The translations under genes were made by a program, and so were the position numbers. The notes under the pieces are model-generated. The model had not been told where the DNA came from. It was given only the letters and a program-made list of their open reading frames with translations, and did no database searches. From assembly GCA_002423485.1 (NCBI GenBank), contig DIWH01000066.1, positions 70,193 to 134,192 of the forward strand: 64,000 nt of DNA, given 5' to 3'. The DNA is from Candidatus Xenobium occultum (GTDB taxonomy: Bacteria > Vulcanimicrobiota > Xenobia > Xenobiales > Xenobiaceae). This document shows, piece by piece, positions 22,294 to 32,027 of the stretch. Within the stretch, counting starts at the first letter, position 1. Each line of letters starts with the position of its first letter.

Positions 22294-24654
22294 ATGGCTG
22301 CGGAGGCGTTGACGATGGACCAGGATCCCGACCGGCTTTTCCCTTTCCCCCTGGATGACTTCCAGAAGGAGGCCATCCGCTCGATCCAGGAGGGGAAGAG
22401 CGTCATCGTGTGCGCTCCGACCGGGGCAGGCAAGACCGTCGTGGCGGAATACGCCGTCAAACAGGCCCTGGCGCGGGGGAAGAGGTGTTTCTACACCACT
22501 CCGCTGAAGGCTTTGTCCAACCAGAAGTTCGGGGACCTGCGTCGCGAATACGGTGAGGAGAACGTGGGTCTGTTGACCGGCGACACCTCGCTCCAGCGCC
22601 ACGCTCCGATCGTCGTGATGACCACCGAGGTCTACCGCAACATGCTGTATGGCACGGTGCTGGGGGACGTGCAGTCCAACCTGGCCCACGTCGAGTCCGT
22701 CATCCTCGACGAGTGTCACTACATGAACGACCCCGAGAGGGGCACGGTGTGGGAGGAGTCGGTGATCTACTCGCCGACCCCCGTGCAGCTCGTGGCCCTT
22801 TCGGCCACCGTGGCCAACGCCGCTGACCTGCGGGACTGGATCGAGGCCACCCACGGTCCGACGGATCTGGTTGTGTCGGATTTCCGCCCGGTTCCCCTAC
22901 GCCATCACTACTATCACGAGGGGGACCTTCATCGTCTGGTCATGGGCAATGGCCGGCTGAATCCGCGGCTGGCCGCCCAGGCCCGCCCGGCTCCCCAGGC
23001 TTTCAACAGGGAGCGCGGACGCTTTCGGGCTCCTCGTCCCCGCCAGGAATACCCCGAGAAGGTCGTCTCCGTCCTGGATCGCGAGGGGATGTTGCCGGCG
23101 ATCTTCTTCCTGTTCTCCCGGAAGAAGTGTGATGAGGCTGCGCGAAGGTCCGACCAGGCCGTCAGCCTCTCGGCCCGGCACCGCCAGGAGTTGCAGGAGG
23201 CGATCGACCAGGCTCTGCTCGAGACACCGTCGCTGGCCGATCAGCCCCAACTCGAGCATCTGCGCAACGGCGTGGCAGCCCACCACGCCGGGCTGCTGCC
23301 CGCCTGGAAGGCCCTGGTCGAGAACCTCTTCCAGCAGGGCCTGATCCAGGTGGTGTACGCTACCGAGACCCTGGCCGCAGGCATCAACATGCCCGCTCGG
23401 ACCACCGTGATCAGCGCCATCAGCAAGTACAGCGATGAGGGGCATCGCATGCTGACGGCCAGCGAGTTCCTGCAGATGTCGGGCCGGGCCGGTCGGCGCG
23501 GGATGGACGTCGTCGGGCACGTGGTGGTGGTGCACCATCCCCTCGAACCCGTCGGGGATGCTGCCCGTCTGGCCATCGCCTCGGCAGATCCGCTCATCAG
23601 CCGCTTCACCCCCAGCTATGGAATGGTCCTGAACCTCCTGCAGCGACACTCCCTGGAGGAATCCCGCCGCCTGGTGGAGCGCTCTTTCGGCCAGTTCGTA
23701 GCCGAACGCGAGAAGGGCCCTCTCTTCGAAGAGGCCGCTCGGCTGCACCGCCAGCTCCTGGAGCTCTCGCGTCCGTTGTGTCCGGGGCCGCTCGGAGACC
23801 TGCCGGCCTGGAAGAAGCTGCGCGAGAAGGCCCGCAGCCTGGCTCGTCAGGCCAAGGCCATGGCGGCCGGCCTGAAGGGCCGGACGGACCCGGTCGCACA
23901 GCAGGCCTTGGAGGACCTCAAGACCGGGCGCGCGCAGGCCCTGGAGTCGGCCAACGCCATGCCCTGTCAGGGATGCCCGGTGCAGGGCGAGTGCTCGCGC
24001 CAGATCCAGTCATGGCGGAGCCTGGACCGTCGCCGCGAGGAGATCGAGCGGGGCATGAAGCGGGCCTCTACTCCCTACTGGAAGCAGTTCCAGGACCTGG
24101 AACGGGTCCTGCGGGCCGCCGGCTACCTGGAAGGGCACGAACCAACCTGGGAGGGGCGTATGGCGGCCTCGCTGCGCGCCACCAACATCCTGCTGTTGAG
24201 TGAGGTGGCCCTGTCAGGGATTCTGGAGACGCTTGAGCCGGTCGAGGTGGCCGGGCTGATGTCCGCCCTGGTGGCCGGCGACACCCGAGCCGTCCCGGAT
24301 GTCGGGATGCGGGTGTCGCGGCGCGCGGAGGAGGCCCTGGCGGAGATCGTCGGGGTCTCGCGCGAGGTGCAGAGACTGCAGGAACGCCACGGGGTGGACG
24401 TGCCGGTGTGGGTCAACCCCGTCTTCGCGGGCCTGACCGAGTTCTGGGCCCGGGGGGCAGATTGGCCCCACGTGAAGGCCTACCTCGGGGTCGACGAAGG
24501 CGACATGGTTCGCGGTCTGCGCCGGGCCCTGGATCTGTGCCGTCAGTTCGCCTTCGCTCCCCAAATGCCCGAGCGCATCGCTGCACTGTGCCACGAGGCG
24601 GCGGCCCTCATGGACCGCGACGAGGTGCACGAGGCCCTGGTCTGGTCGGACTAG
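22294..24654 (+). CDS. Ski2-like DEAD/DEAH-box RNA helicase (HelY-type)
   Basis: Motif I CAPTGAGKT, motif II DECHYM, motif VI QMSGRAGRRG. C-terminal Ski2-type domains. Confidence 0.85.
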   Translation: MAAEALTMDQDPDRLFPFPLDDFQKEAIRSIQEGKSVIVCAPTGAGKTVVAEYAVKQALARGKRCFYTTPLKALSNQKFGDLRREYGEENVGLLTGDTSLQRHAPIVVMTTEVYRNMLYGTVLGDVQSNLAHVESVILDECHYMNDPERGTVWEESVIYSPTPVQLVALSATVANAADLRDWIEATHGPTDLVVSDFRPVPLRHHYYHEGDLHRLVMGNGRLNPRLAAQARPAPQAFNRERGRFRAPRPRQEYPEKVVSVLDREGMLPAIFFLFSRKKCDEAARRSDQAVSLSARHRQELQEAIDQALLETPSLADQPQLEHLRNGVAAHHAGLLPAWKALVENLFQQGLIQVVYATETLAAGINMPARTTVISAISKYSDEGHRMLTASEFLQMSGRAGRRGMDVVGHVVVVHHPLEPVGDAARLAIASADPLISRFTPSYGMVLNLLQRHSLEESRRLVERSFGQFVAEREKGPLFEEAARLHRQLLELSRPLCPGPLGDLPAWKKLREKARSLARQAKAMAAGLKGRTDPVAQQALEDLKTGRAQALESANAMPCQGCPVQGECSRQIQSWRSLDRRREEIERGMKRASTPYWKQFQDLERVLRAAGYLEGHEPTWEGRMAASLRATNILLLSEVALSGILETLEPVEVAGLMSALVAGDTRAVPDVGMRVSRRAEEALAEIVGVSREVQRLQERHGVDVPVWVNPVFAGLTEFWARGADWPHVKAYLGVDEGDMVRGLRRALDLCRQFAFAPQMPERIAALCHEAAALMDRDEVHEALVWSD

Positions 24655-25171
24655 ACTCCTGGAGCGGCTCGGCGGACGGGGGGGAGGGGCAGAGCCACCG
24701 GGTCAGTTCCAGGTCCACGGCGGGCATCGGATACCGAGCCAGCAACCCGGGTTCGGCCCAGGTGATCGCGTCGTGGTCGGGAAGTCCGCGCTGCCTGGCC
24801 TCCTCCGGACCCAGGTCCAGGCCGTTTCGGACCCAGTCCGGCCTGGGATTTCGCGCGCGGACCCGGAAGGCCAGCAGCCTCAGAGGTCGTCCCGAGGGCA
24901 GGTGTCCGCCCACCCGGGCCAGAGGTTCCATCACCTCAACCTCCAGACTCAGCTCCTCGCGGAGTTCGCGAACCAGCGATTCCTCCGGCGTCTCTCGAGA
25001 TTCGACCTTGCCTCCGGGAAACTCCCAGAGACCCCCATGGGTGCGCCCCGGGGCCCGACGGGCCAGCAGGACCCGTCCGTCTTTCAGGATCAGCACGGCG
25101 GCGCTGACCAGCAGCTCTTCTTCCAACAGCCACCTCCCGACTTCGGCTTGCGGGCCAGTTTCTTGTTTCAC
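24608..25171 (-). CDS. NUDIX hydrolase (MutT / 8-oxo-dGTP diphosphatase-like)
   Basis: Nudix box GGKVESRETPEESLVRELREELSLEV. The start is probably GTG near 25171; the ATG ORF extends to 25309 and would overlap the divergent neighbour. Confidence 0.75.
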   Translation of the reverse strand: MKQETGPQAEVGRWLLEEELLVSAAVLILKDGRVLLARRAPGRTHGGLWEFPGGKVESRETPEESLVRELREELSLEVEVMEPLARVGGHLPSGRPLRLLAFRVRARNPRPDWVRNGLDLGPEEARQRGLPDHDAITWAEPGLLARYPMPAVDLELTRWLCPSPPSAEPLQESSPTRPGPRAPRRGP

Positions 25172-25281
25172 GGATTTACCCAGCGAAGGATTCCGCGAGG
25201 TCTCGATGGAAGTCCTGCGTTCGCTGGAGAAGGTGTGGTTGCGCCCCGTTTGGCCACAAAGCGAGACGCCTTCTGAAAAGG

Positions 25282-27951
25282 ATGGCTTTGAGAAACAGAG
25301 CGATTGCATTCAAGTCTGTCCTGGGACTCCTGCTGCTGAGCCTGGTCCTGGCGCTGCCTGCCGACGCCAACCAGGAGCAGGCCCGGAAATTCATCCAGCG
25401 CGCCGAGGCGCTCGCGCAGAAGAAGCGCATCCCCGAAGCGACCAAGGCCATCCTGAGCGCCGTCGACGCCGCTCCGGACTGGGACGTCCCCCGAGCCGCC
25501 CTGGCCCGGTTCTACGTGGGGATCGCCAATCGGGACGGGGCCGCCAAGGCTTGGCGTGAGGCCATCGAGCGTTCTCCCAAGAACCCCGCCTATCACCAGG
25601 GCCTGGCGGAGGTCCTGACCTTGAAGGGAGACCTCGAAGGGGCGGCGGCGGCCTGGAAGATCGTGGCGGAGCTGCGCCCGAAGGATTCGAATTCTCGTTA
25701 CAACCTGGCTCAGATCGCCCTGGAGCAAGGGGACCTCGACAGCGCGGAGACCCAACTTTCGCTGGCCGAGAAGCTCGAACCCGGGGCTTTCAAGTTCTCG
25801 CTGCTGCAGGCTCGCATCGATCTGATCCGCAAGGACTACCGGGCTGTGCGCGGTCGCCTGGAGGCCTTGCTTCCCCTGATCCCCGAGCAGCACAAGGAAC
25901 TGCGCGAGCAGGTCCAGTCCCTGCTCGATCAGGCCCATCAGGAGAGCAAGGACACCTGGGTGCAGCGCGGGATCTACTTCGGGATTCCGCTGGTCTTGAT
26001 CGTGGCGGGTTTCGTCACCTGGAAGATCACCCGATGGGTTGAGATCAAGGCGCCGCCCTCCCGGCTGGACCCCAGCACCAACGAATCGATCTGCCGCTTC
26101 GCCCTGACCCATGTCGCGGCCTTGACGGGTCTGCCTCGGTCCTTGTGCTGGGTTGTCAGCCTGGATGGGCGGCGCATGGAGCTGGCCGCCTCCGAGCTGA
26201 TGAAGAACCCGGGCCCCCTGGCGCGACGAGACCTGGTTCGGGCGGACCTGGCGCGCTGGCTCAAGGAGCACGGGCCGGTCCCCTTCCTCTACAAGCTCGA
26301 ATCCCAAGAGCGCCGATTCCTGGACGCCTTCCCGGATCTGGTGAAGAACCTCGAGGGGGTCGAGATCAACGTGGGGGTGCCCCTGGTCTGGAAGGGCGAG
26401 TTCCGTGGCTTGTTGCTTCTGGGCCGCAGTCGTTCGGCGGGTGGCCGCGACCTGCGCGGCCGCTTCGAGAAGAACTCCAGCAGGGTCCAGGGGATCGCCG
26501 AGCAGGCGGCCCAGGCCTTGGATGAGCTGCGCAAGGAACATCTGAAGATCTATGACGTCGAGACCGGCGTGCACAACCGCGCCTATTTCGACGTCTACCT
26601 GTCCGAAGCCGTCCAGACCAGCCGGTCCACCCGGTTGCCCTTGACGCTGCTGATCATGCGGATGGATGCCTTTGACGAAATCCAGGAGAAGTATGGAGAC
26701 AAACTCTCTGGGGAAATCCTCGAGCAGATGCTGGACGCGCTCTTCGACCGTCTGCGCGAGGAAACCAAGACGGTCCTGTTCCGTCTGGAGGGTGGCGTGT
26801 TTGCCCTGGTGGCCCTGGAGCGTGGCCTGCGTGAGGCGCCCTCCCTGGCTCAGCATCTGAAGGCCGCCATCGACGGGTTGAAGATTTCGCGGAACCTGCC
26901 TCGGCCCACGGGCTGCGTGGCCTTCGGAGTCTACCCCGACCACGCCGACGACTGCAACGCCTTGCGGCGGGTCACCATGCGGGCCTTCCGCGACGCGGTC
27001 TACCTGGAGGGGAACCGGGTGCTGGAGGCCGAGCGCGGTGGCGCTTTTGATCCCGACGAAGAGGTTGAGGCTGGAATCCGGGTGGCCGGGAGGCGCGCCC
27101 TGACCGAGGATCCTCCGCCGGCCCAGATTTCCCCTCCATCGGGTCCGGCTCCCTTCCAGCCCTTCACCACCGCCCGACGGTCCGAATCCCCTGCTCCGGA
27201 GGGAGGGGTCAGCGGCACCTTCCCCCAGTCGCCAGAGGACGAGGGCGCTCCGGCAGAGCCGGCCGGCGAGAAGAAGTCCAGGTGGCCCGCTTCCAGGGGC
27301 TCCTCTTCCGAGGCTCCAGGGCGCCTGACCCTGGGCAACTCGCTGCGCCAGGGGCGTTCGGCAGCGCCCCCGGTCCAGCCCATTCCGGTCCCCCAAGCTC
27401 CCATCCCGCCTCCCGGCGCTGCTCCCAGGCCGACATCACCAGGGCTGGAATCGGATCTGTCCGACCTGGCCGATCTGGGGATCGACCCCGAGACCCAGTT
27501 CTGCCTGCAGCCCACCTTCGAAGACCTGGCCGAGTTCGAGGTCCGCTCGGGGCTGGATTCGGGGCAGACCTGCAGCATTCTGTACATCCGACTGGTCAAT
27601 CTCGACGAGCTCCGCTCCGGGGGCGACGAGGAGTCTCTCAAGATTCGACGGAATCTGGCTTCGCTGCTGCATGCCTTCCTGCGCGACGAGGTGGACGTCC
27701 CCGGTCTCATGGGGGCCGATGATTTCGTCCTGCTGCTGACTGGAACGCCCCTGAAGACGGCGGCCAGCCAGGCGGATCAGGTGGCCATGACCGTGAGGAA
27801 CCTGCAGGTTGCCGGACAGGTCGCGATTCCCGCCATCGGAGTCGCCGCTTCCAGCCCGGAGGACCCCGTGGAGGGGCCGGAACTGATCCAGCGCGCGCGC
27901 GCGGCTGCCGCCAAGGGACCTGGAGTGAACCAGTACGGAGAGGAATCCTGA
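25282..27951 (+). CDS. Signal peptide - TPR repeat (periplasmic) - TM helix - two degenerate GGDEF-like domains; putative c-di-GMP-related sensor/receptor membrane protein
   Basis: N-terminal signal LLLLSLVLALPADA, TPR-like helices, TM segment IYFGIPLVLIVAGFVTW. GGDEF-like block DVETGVHNRAYFDVYL...RLEGGVFALVAL (GGDEF replaced by EGGVF). Second block GADDFVLLL. Confidence 0.6.
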   Translation: MALRNRAIAFKSVLGLLLLSLVLALPADANQEQARKFIQRAEALAQKKRIPEATKAILSAVDAAPDWDVPRAALARFYVGIANRDGAAKAWREAIERSPKNPAYHQGLAEVLTLKGDLEGAAAAWKIVAELRPKDSNSRYNLAQIALEQGDLDSAETQLSLAEKLEPGAFKFSLLQARIDLIRKDYRAVRGRLEALLPLIPEQHKELREQVQSLLDQAHQESKDTWVQRGIYFGIPLVLIVAGFVTWKITRWVEIKAPPSRLDPSTNESICRFALTHVAALTGLPRSLCWVVSLDGRRMELAASELMKNPGPLARRDLVRADLARWLKEHGPVPFLYKLESQERRFLDAFPDLVKNLEGVEINVGVPLVWKGEFRGLLLLGRSRSAGGRDLRGRFEKNSSRVQGIAEQAAQALDELRKEHLKIYDVETGVHNRAYFDVYLSEAVQTSRSTRLPLTLLIMRMDAFDEIQEKYGDKLSGEILEQMLDALFDRLREETKTVLFRLEGGVFALVALERGLREAPSLAQHLKAAIDGLKISRNLPRPTGCVAFGVYPDHADDCNALRRVTMRAFRDAVYLEGNRVLEAERGGAFDPDEEVEAGIRVAGRRALTEDPPPAQISPPSGPAPFQPFTTARRSESPAPEGGVSGTFPQSPEDEGAPAEPAGEKKSRWPASRGSSSEAPGRLTLGNSLRQGRSAAPPVQPIPVPQAPIPPPGAAPRPTSPGLESDLSDLADLGIDPETQFCLQPTFEDLAEFEVRSGLDSGQTCSILYIRLVNLDELRSGGDEESLKIRRNLASLLHAFLRDEVDVPGLMGADDFVLLLTGTPLKTAASQADQVAMTVRNLQVAGQVAIPAIGVAASSPEDPVEGPELIQRARAAAAKGPGVNQYGEES

Positions 27952-28409
27952 TGTCCCCTGGTTTCTTGCTGGCGGTTCAGCTCATCCTGGGGGGGACGGC
28001 ACTGATCGGCCTGGTCTGGTTCTGGATGGCAGCTCGGCAACGCCGTTTTGCCGTCCTGCCTTTGGGAATCCTGCTGGTGAGCCTTGCCCTGAGCGTGGTC
28101 GCCGCAGGTTGGCGCAGCCGCGCCGTCGCCGCGTTCGAGTGCGCCGCCGGGTTGCAGCGCCTGGGTCTGGCCATGGAGTTGTATGCCCAGAACAACCAGG
28201 GGACCCCCGCGCGGTCCCTGGACGATCTCGTCCCGTTCTACTTCGACGAGCTCCCCGTCTGTCCGTTGGAGGCAGGATCCCTGGCCACCCTGGAGCGGGG
28301 GGACTCCAGCTTCACCCTGGTCTGTGCGGGCCGGCACCGCGGTCTGGGAGGAACGCCCGAAGGATTCCCTCGCTACACGCCCCGTCAGGGCGCCCAGGTG
28401 CGTCCCTGA
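27951..28409 (+). CDS. Small membrane protein with pseudopilin/DUF1559-like segment; coupled to the upstream gene (TGATG)
   Basis: Two TM helices, then ECAAGLQRLGLAMELYAQNNQGTPARSLDDLVPFY, which resembles the conserved N(L)KQIGLALHNY..G.FP segment of prepilin-like proteins. No canonical prepilin cleavage motif. Confidence 0.5.
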   Translation: MSPGFLLAVQLILGGTALIGLVWFWMAARQRRFAVLPLGILLVSLALSVVAAGWRSRAVAAFECAAGLQRLGLAMELYAQNNQGTPARSLDDLVPFYFDELPVCPLEAGSLATLERGDSSFTLVCAGRHRGLGGTPEGFPRYTPRQGAQVRP

Positions 28410-28522
28410 GAATGCTTGGACGCCCAGCCACCGGGCCAGTTCGGGACGCCCCCCATCGGCGAATCTAGGAACCCAGACGGAAACCCCTCGGTCGCCTCGC
28501 CGGGTCTTTTCCGACCGGGCCC

Positions 28523-29458
28523 CTAGAACTCCCCGCCCCGCTGGCTTCCCGCCACGTTCCAGGTCAGCCCCGAAAGCAGTCGGTCACCCTCGTTCAGGTT
28601 GACCTGCATCTCCAGCTCGGCTTTGCGGCCGGGCAGTCTGTAGCGATAACTGCGCGTCCAGCCATCGCTGCTGAACCAGCGCCAGCCCTCCTCAAGCCGG
28701 GGTTGGACCTTTCCCTCGGGCAGGGCGTCGCGAAACTGCTTGATCTCGGTCTTCACGGCATCCGGGGACAGGCTGGCCTGCAGGCCCGGTGAGGCGACCT
28801 TGCCATACAGCTCCTCTCCCTTTCCGGCTTGGATCAGCTCCAGGATGCGGGCCACCTGCTTCTGGTCCGCCTCGTCCGCGCGGCTCATCAGCGAGCCCAG
28901 GCGTGAGGAGCGCAAGGTCAGCGTCTGGACCCGCATCTCCTGGCCCTGGGGCGCCAAAGCCACGTAGGCCAGCACCTGACCCTGGCTGGCGCGCACCCGC
29001 CACCAGCTCTCCTGAAGCTTCGCCCCAAGCTGGTCCCTCTCCATCTGGCCGGTTGCGGGCGAGGGGTTGATGCCCAGGGTGTGCAGGTCTTCGGGGGACT
29101 CGAAATCTCCTCGGGAAACCTGCTGGATCTCTTCCAGGGGGCCGATGGGAAGGGTCAGGTTCTCGATCAGGGCGCTCTGGATGTCCTCGACCCGGGTGTC
29201 CTTCTGGCGGGATTCCAGCAGGCACTCGGTGTGGAAGGCCCGGGCCTGGTTGCTCCACAGCCGGGCCAGGGCCTTGCGGGCGGCCTGGTCGACCTCCGGG
29301 GACAGGGCCTCAGGGGCGGGGCTCTGCGGGGGAGCCACCGGCAGCACCGGCGAAGGGCTCCCTGTCGAGGCCGGTGGGAAGGGAGCTTGAGGCTTGGGGC
29401 CACAGGCCAGGGCAGTCAACAACAAGACCAGGCAGAGGGCGGCAAGATGACGCATGGG
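28523..29458 (-). CDS. Hypothetical lipoprotein
   Basis: Start MRHLAALCLVLLLTALACGPK (lipobox LAC). The upstream part of the ORF-track entry is R/P-rich junk. Function unknown. Confidence 0.55.
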   Translation of the reverse strand, partial: PMRHLAALCLVLLLTALACGPKPQAPFPPASTGSPSPVLPVAPPQSPAPEALSPEVDQAARKALARLWSNQARAFHTECLLESRQKDTRVEDIQSALIENLTLPIGPLEEIQQVSRGDFESPEDLHTLGINPSPATGQMERDQLGAKLQESWWRVRASQGQVLAYVALAPQGQEMRVQTLTLRSSRLGSLMSRADEADQKQVARILELIQAGKGEELYGKVASPGLQASLSPDAVKTEIKQFRDALPEGKVQPRLEEGWRWFSSDGWTRSYRYRLPGRKAELEMQVNLNEGDRLLSGLTWNVAGSQRGGEF

Positions 29459-30436
29459 GTGGATTTCGAGCCGGGGGAGGACCCCCCCTGCCCCCGGCTC
29501 CGGGTGGTCTTCGCCGGGATGGACGGCCGCTTCTCCACCGTGCCCCTGCAGTTTCTGGCCCGGCGCCATCACCTCGTGGGGGTGATCCACTCCCAGCCCC
29601 GGGCGGTTCGTCGGGGATGGCTGGTGGACTGGGCGCGGGCTGGCGCGGGGCGGGGGAACCTGCGGCGCTTCGCGGAGTCTCTGGGCTGCCCGTTCCTCTC
29701 TGCGGGGCGCTCGGCGGGTCCCGCGCTGGCGGCCTTCCTGCACCAGGCTCGGGCCGACCTCCTGTGCCTGTCCAACTTCTCATTCCTGCTCCCCCCAAAG
29801 ATCCTGGAGATCCCGCGCCAGGGAGCGATCAACCTGCACCTGTCGCTGCTTCCGCGCCACCGGGGCCCGAACCCCTGGTTGTGGATGTTCCACGACCAGG
29901 ACCGGATCGGGGGGGTCAGCGTCCACGTCGTCGAGGAAGGGGAGGACTCCGGCCCGCTTCTGGGGACCTTGGAGCACGAGATTCCGGAGGGGATCACGGC
30001 CGGCGACCTGGCGGATGAGGTCCTGCCCCGGGCAGCCGCGCTGCTGGCCGACGTGGTGGACGCCCTGGCCTGCGGGAACGTGGCGCCGGTGCCCCAGGCC
30101 TGCCCGGACGGGCTGCGCCGGGCCCGCTTCGTCCCCCCCGGTGAGGCCCTGATCGACTGGCAGACCTGGCCGGCCTCCCGGGTCAGCCACTTCCTGCGGG
30201 GGGCCAGCCTGTGGTATGAACCCTTTCCTCCGATCCCCGGCTTCGTCCGGGTGTACGGACCGGCCCTTCCCGGGAAGCCGGGGGATCCCCCCGGGACCCT
30301 GCGCCAGGCGGCGCGGACGGGCTGGATCGCCTGTTGCGACGGGCGGGTCCCCTTCCGCCTTCAAGCCGTGCCTCGCGAGCTCTGGCGGCTGGGTCTGCCC
30401 CTGGCCCTGGGGGCGGGGTTGTGGGCTTTGGCCTGA
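29450..30436 (+). CDS. Formyltransferase-family protein (Fmt/PurN-like catalytic domain)
   Basis: RVVFAGMDGRFSTVPLQFL (N-terminal Rossmann-like) and HLSLLPRHRGPNP (formyltransferase HxSLLPxxRG motif). The start ATG at 29450 overlaps the 5' end of the divergent lipoprotein gene; an alternative GTG lies at 29462. Confidence 0.65.
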   Translation, partial: THGVDFEPGEDPPCPRLRVVFAGMDGRFSTVPLQFLARRHHLVGVIHSQPRAVRRGWLVDWARAGAGRGNLRRFAESLGCPFLSAGRSAGPALAAFLHQARADLLCLSNFSFLLPPKILEIPRQGAINLHLSLLPRHRGPNPWLWMFHDQDRIGGVSVHVVEEGEDSGPLLGTLEHEIPEGITAGDLADEVLPRAAALLADVVDALACGNVAPVPQACPDGLRRARFVPPGEALIDWQTWPASRVSHFLRGASLWYEPFPPIPGFVRVYGPALPGKPGDPPGTLRQAARTGWIACCDGRVPFRLQAVPRELWRLGLPLALGAGLWALA

Positions 30437-30445
30437 GCTCCGGTT

Positions 30446-32023
30446 TCAGTCGACGCTGGGGGCCTCCTCCTGGTAGCGCAGCACCCGGAACTTCCCGATG
30501 GTCGGGAAGTGGGGTGGGGGGCTGGAGGCCAGGTTGGGGTCGTAGGTTGAGTCCACGGTGACCCCGTTCAGGACCGTTCCCTCGACGCTGTCGACCGAGG
30601 CCCAGGCCGGCTTGTACCCCATCATCAGTCCTCCGTACAGCCGGATCCGACCAGGGGTTCGGGTCTCCCAGGAGTCGACGTAGAAGCCCCCCTCCGACCC
30701 TTTGGTCCCCGCCAGGATGGCGGCGTAGATGTCCGTCGGGGGATTGACCGTCTGGGCGACCGAGGTGGGGATCCTCACATTGTAGGCCACCAGGCCCAAA
30801 GAGTCCCGCCCGCCTTCGGGGGTCTGCCCGACCGGGGTGTCGGCCCGGGTCAGGGACCCGCCCAGGACGATCTCCTTGTTGGCCGCCATGTCCACCGCCA
30901 CGGTCCGCTTGCCCTTGTTGACGCCTTGGAGGTCCCGGATGTTTCCGGTGCCATAGATCAGGCCATTGGTCAGCCCGGAGTGGACCGTGAAGGTCCCGTC
31001 GGGCTTGTAGAGGATGGTGCTGCCGCGCAGGACGGGGTTTCCGTCCGGGTCGGTGATCGCGGTGTCGGTGACCTCCACGACCTTGGTGGTCGAATGGCCT
31101 TGTTTGATGGTGACGCTGCGGTTGCCCCCCTCCTCGACGGCCAGGACCATCGAGTCCACGTCGCCCACCACCGTCAGTCCGCCGGACAGGCCTTCCGAGC
31201 TGGCATCCTGCCCCAGGTGGACCCCCCGGGTGGAAGGCGTGACGGAGCTCTGCCCCTGGGCTGCGCGGGCCAGGGCCCCGGAGTCGGTCGGCAGCTCGAT
31301 GCGCCGCGCTCCGGTGCGCAGCGATTCCCGGCCCCCGCGGAAGATCTTGCGGTAGCGCTCCGGGAGGGGGTTCCCCTGGCTGTCGTAGGGAGGGGTTCCC
31401 TGGTAGGCCACCCCGTCGGGGGTGTCGTGGGATTCGACTGTTGTCACCTCGCTCTCGAAGGTCGGAGTCAGGTTCTGGTCATAGAAGCCCGGAGGGACCA
31501 GGATGCGGATCCTGCTGTTGGAGTGGAAGGGACCATCGATGTGATAGTTCGAGGTGGTGATCACCAGGTCCGAACGCCGCTGGTCCTCGAACCAGGCGTA
31601 GCGGGCAAAGGTCTCCTGCCGGGCCAAAGCCCGCACCGCCCGGTAGGCGACTCCGTCCAGGCTGGCCAGCGAGTGGATCTCGTAGACCCGGATGGTGCCC
31701 GTGCCCCGGGGAGGGGTCTGGGGATCGGCCGTCAGGGTGGCCTCCCAGTTCCAGTCTCCGGTCTCGCCCCGCAGGACGTACGAGGTGGCGTCGTCGGGGA
31801 GCGGGGTCTCACCGCGGCTGACGCGGTCCTCGATGAAGGCCAGGGCGTGCAGGACGCCGGAGTCTGCGGCCAGGAAGGCGGCGGTCTCCAGGCGGTTCCG
31901 GCCGGCGGCCCTCAGCTCCAGGGGCAGCAGATCCAGAAGCGCCAAGGCCAGGAAATTCAGGATGACCAGGAAGAAGATGGCCAGCAGCAGCACGGTTCCG
32001 CGGCGTCTTCCGGGCCTCTTCAT
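30446..32023 (-). CDS. PilX/ComZ-like large minor pilin (type IV pilus/pseudopilus tip-associated protein)
   Basis: N-terminal hydrophobic helix plus PilX_N-like ...RNRLETAAFLAADSGVLHALAFIE. 525 aa, Thr/Gly-rich beta-rich body. Last gene of the pseudopilin operon. Confidence 0.6.
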   Translation of the reverse strand: MKRPGRRRGTVLLLAIFFLVILNFLALALLDLLPLELRAAGRNRLETAAFLAADSGVLHALAFIEDRVSRGETPLPDDATSYVLRGETGDWNWEATLTADPQTPPRGTGTIRVYEIHSLASLDGVAYRAVRALARQETFARYAWFEDQRRSDLVITTSNYHIDGPFHSNSRIRILVPPGFYDQNLTPTFESEVTTVESHDTPDGVAYQGTPPYDSQGNPLPERYRKIFRGGRESLRTGARRIELPTDSGALARAAQGQSSVTPSTRGVHLGQDASSEGLSGGLTVVGDVDSMVLAVEEGGNRSVTIKQGHSTTKVVEVTDTAITDPDGNPVLRGSTILYKPDGTFTVHSGLTNGLIYGTGNIRDLQGVNKGKRTVAVDMAANKEIVLGGSLTRADTPVGQTPEGGRDSLGLVAYNVRIPTSVAQTVNPPTDIYAAILAGTKGSEGGFYVDSWETRTPGRIRLYGGLMMGYKPAWASVDSVEGTVLNGVTVDSTYDPNLASSPPPHFPTIGKFRVLRYQEEAPSVD

Positions 32024-32027
32024 CGGG

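Noticed and set aside
28410-28522. Possible terminator hairpin (CCGGGTCttttccGACCGGG) between convergent genes
   Set aside because: On checking base-pairing the arms are not properly complementary (transposed bases). Not supported.
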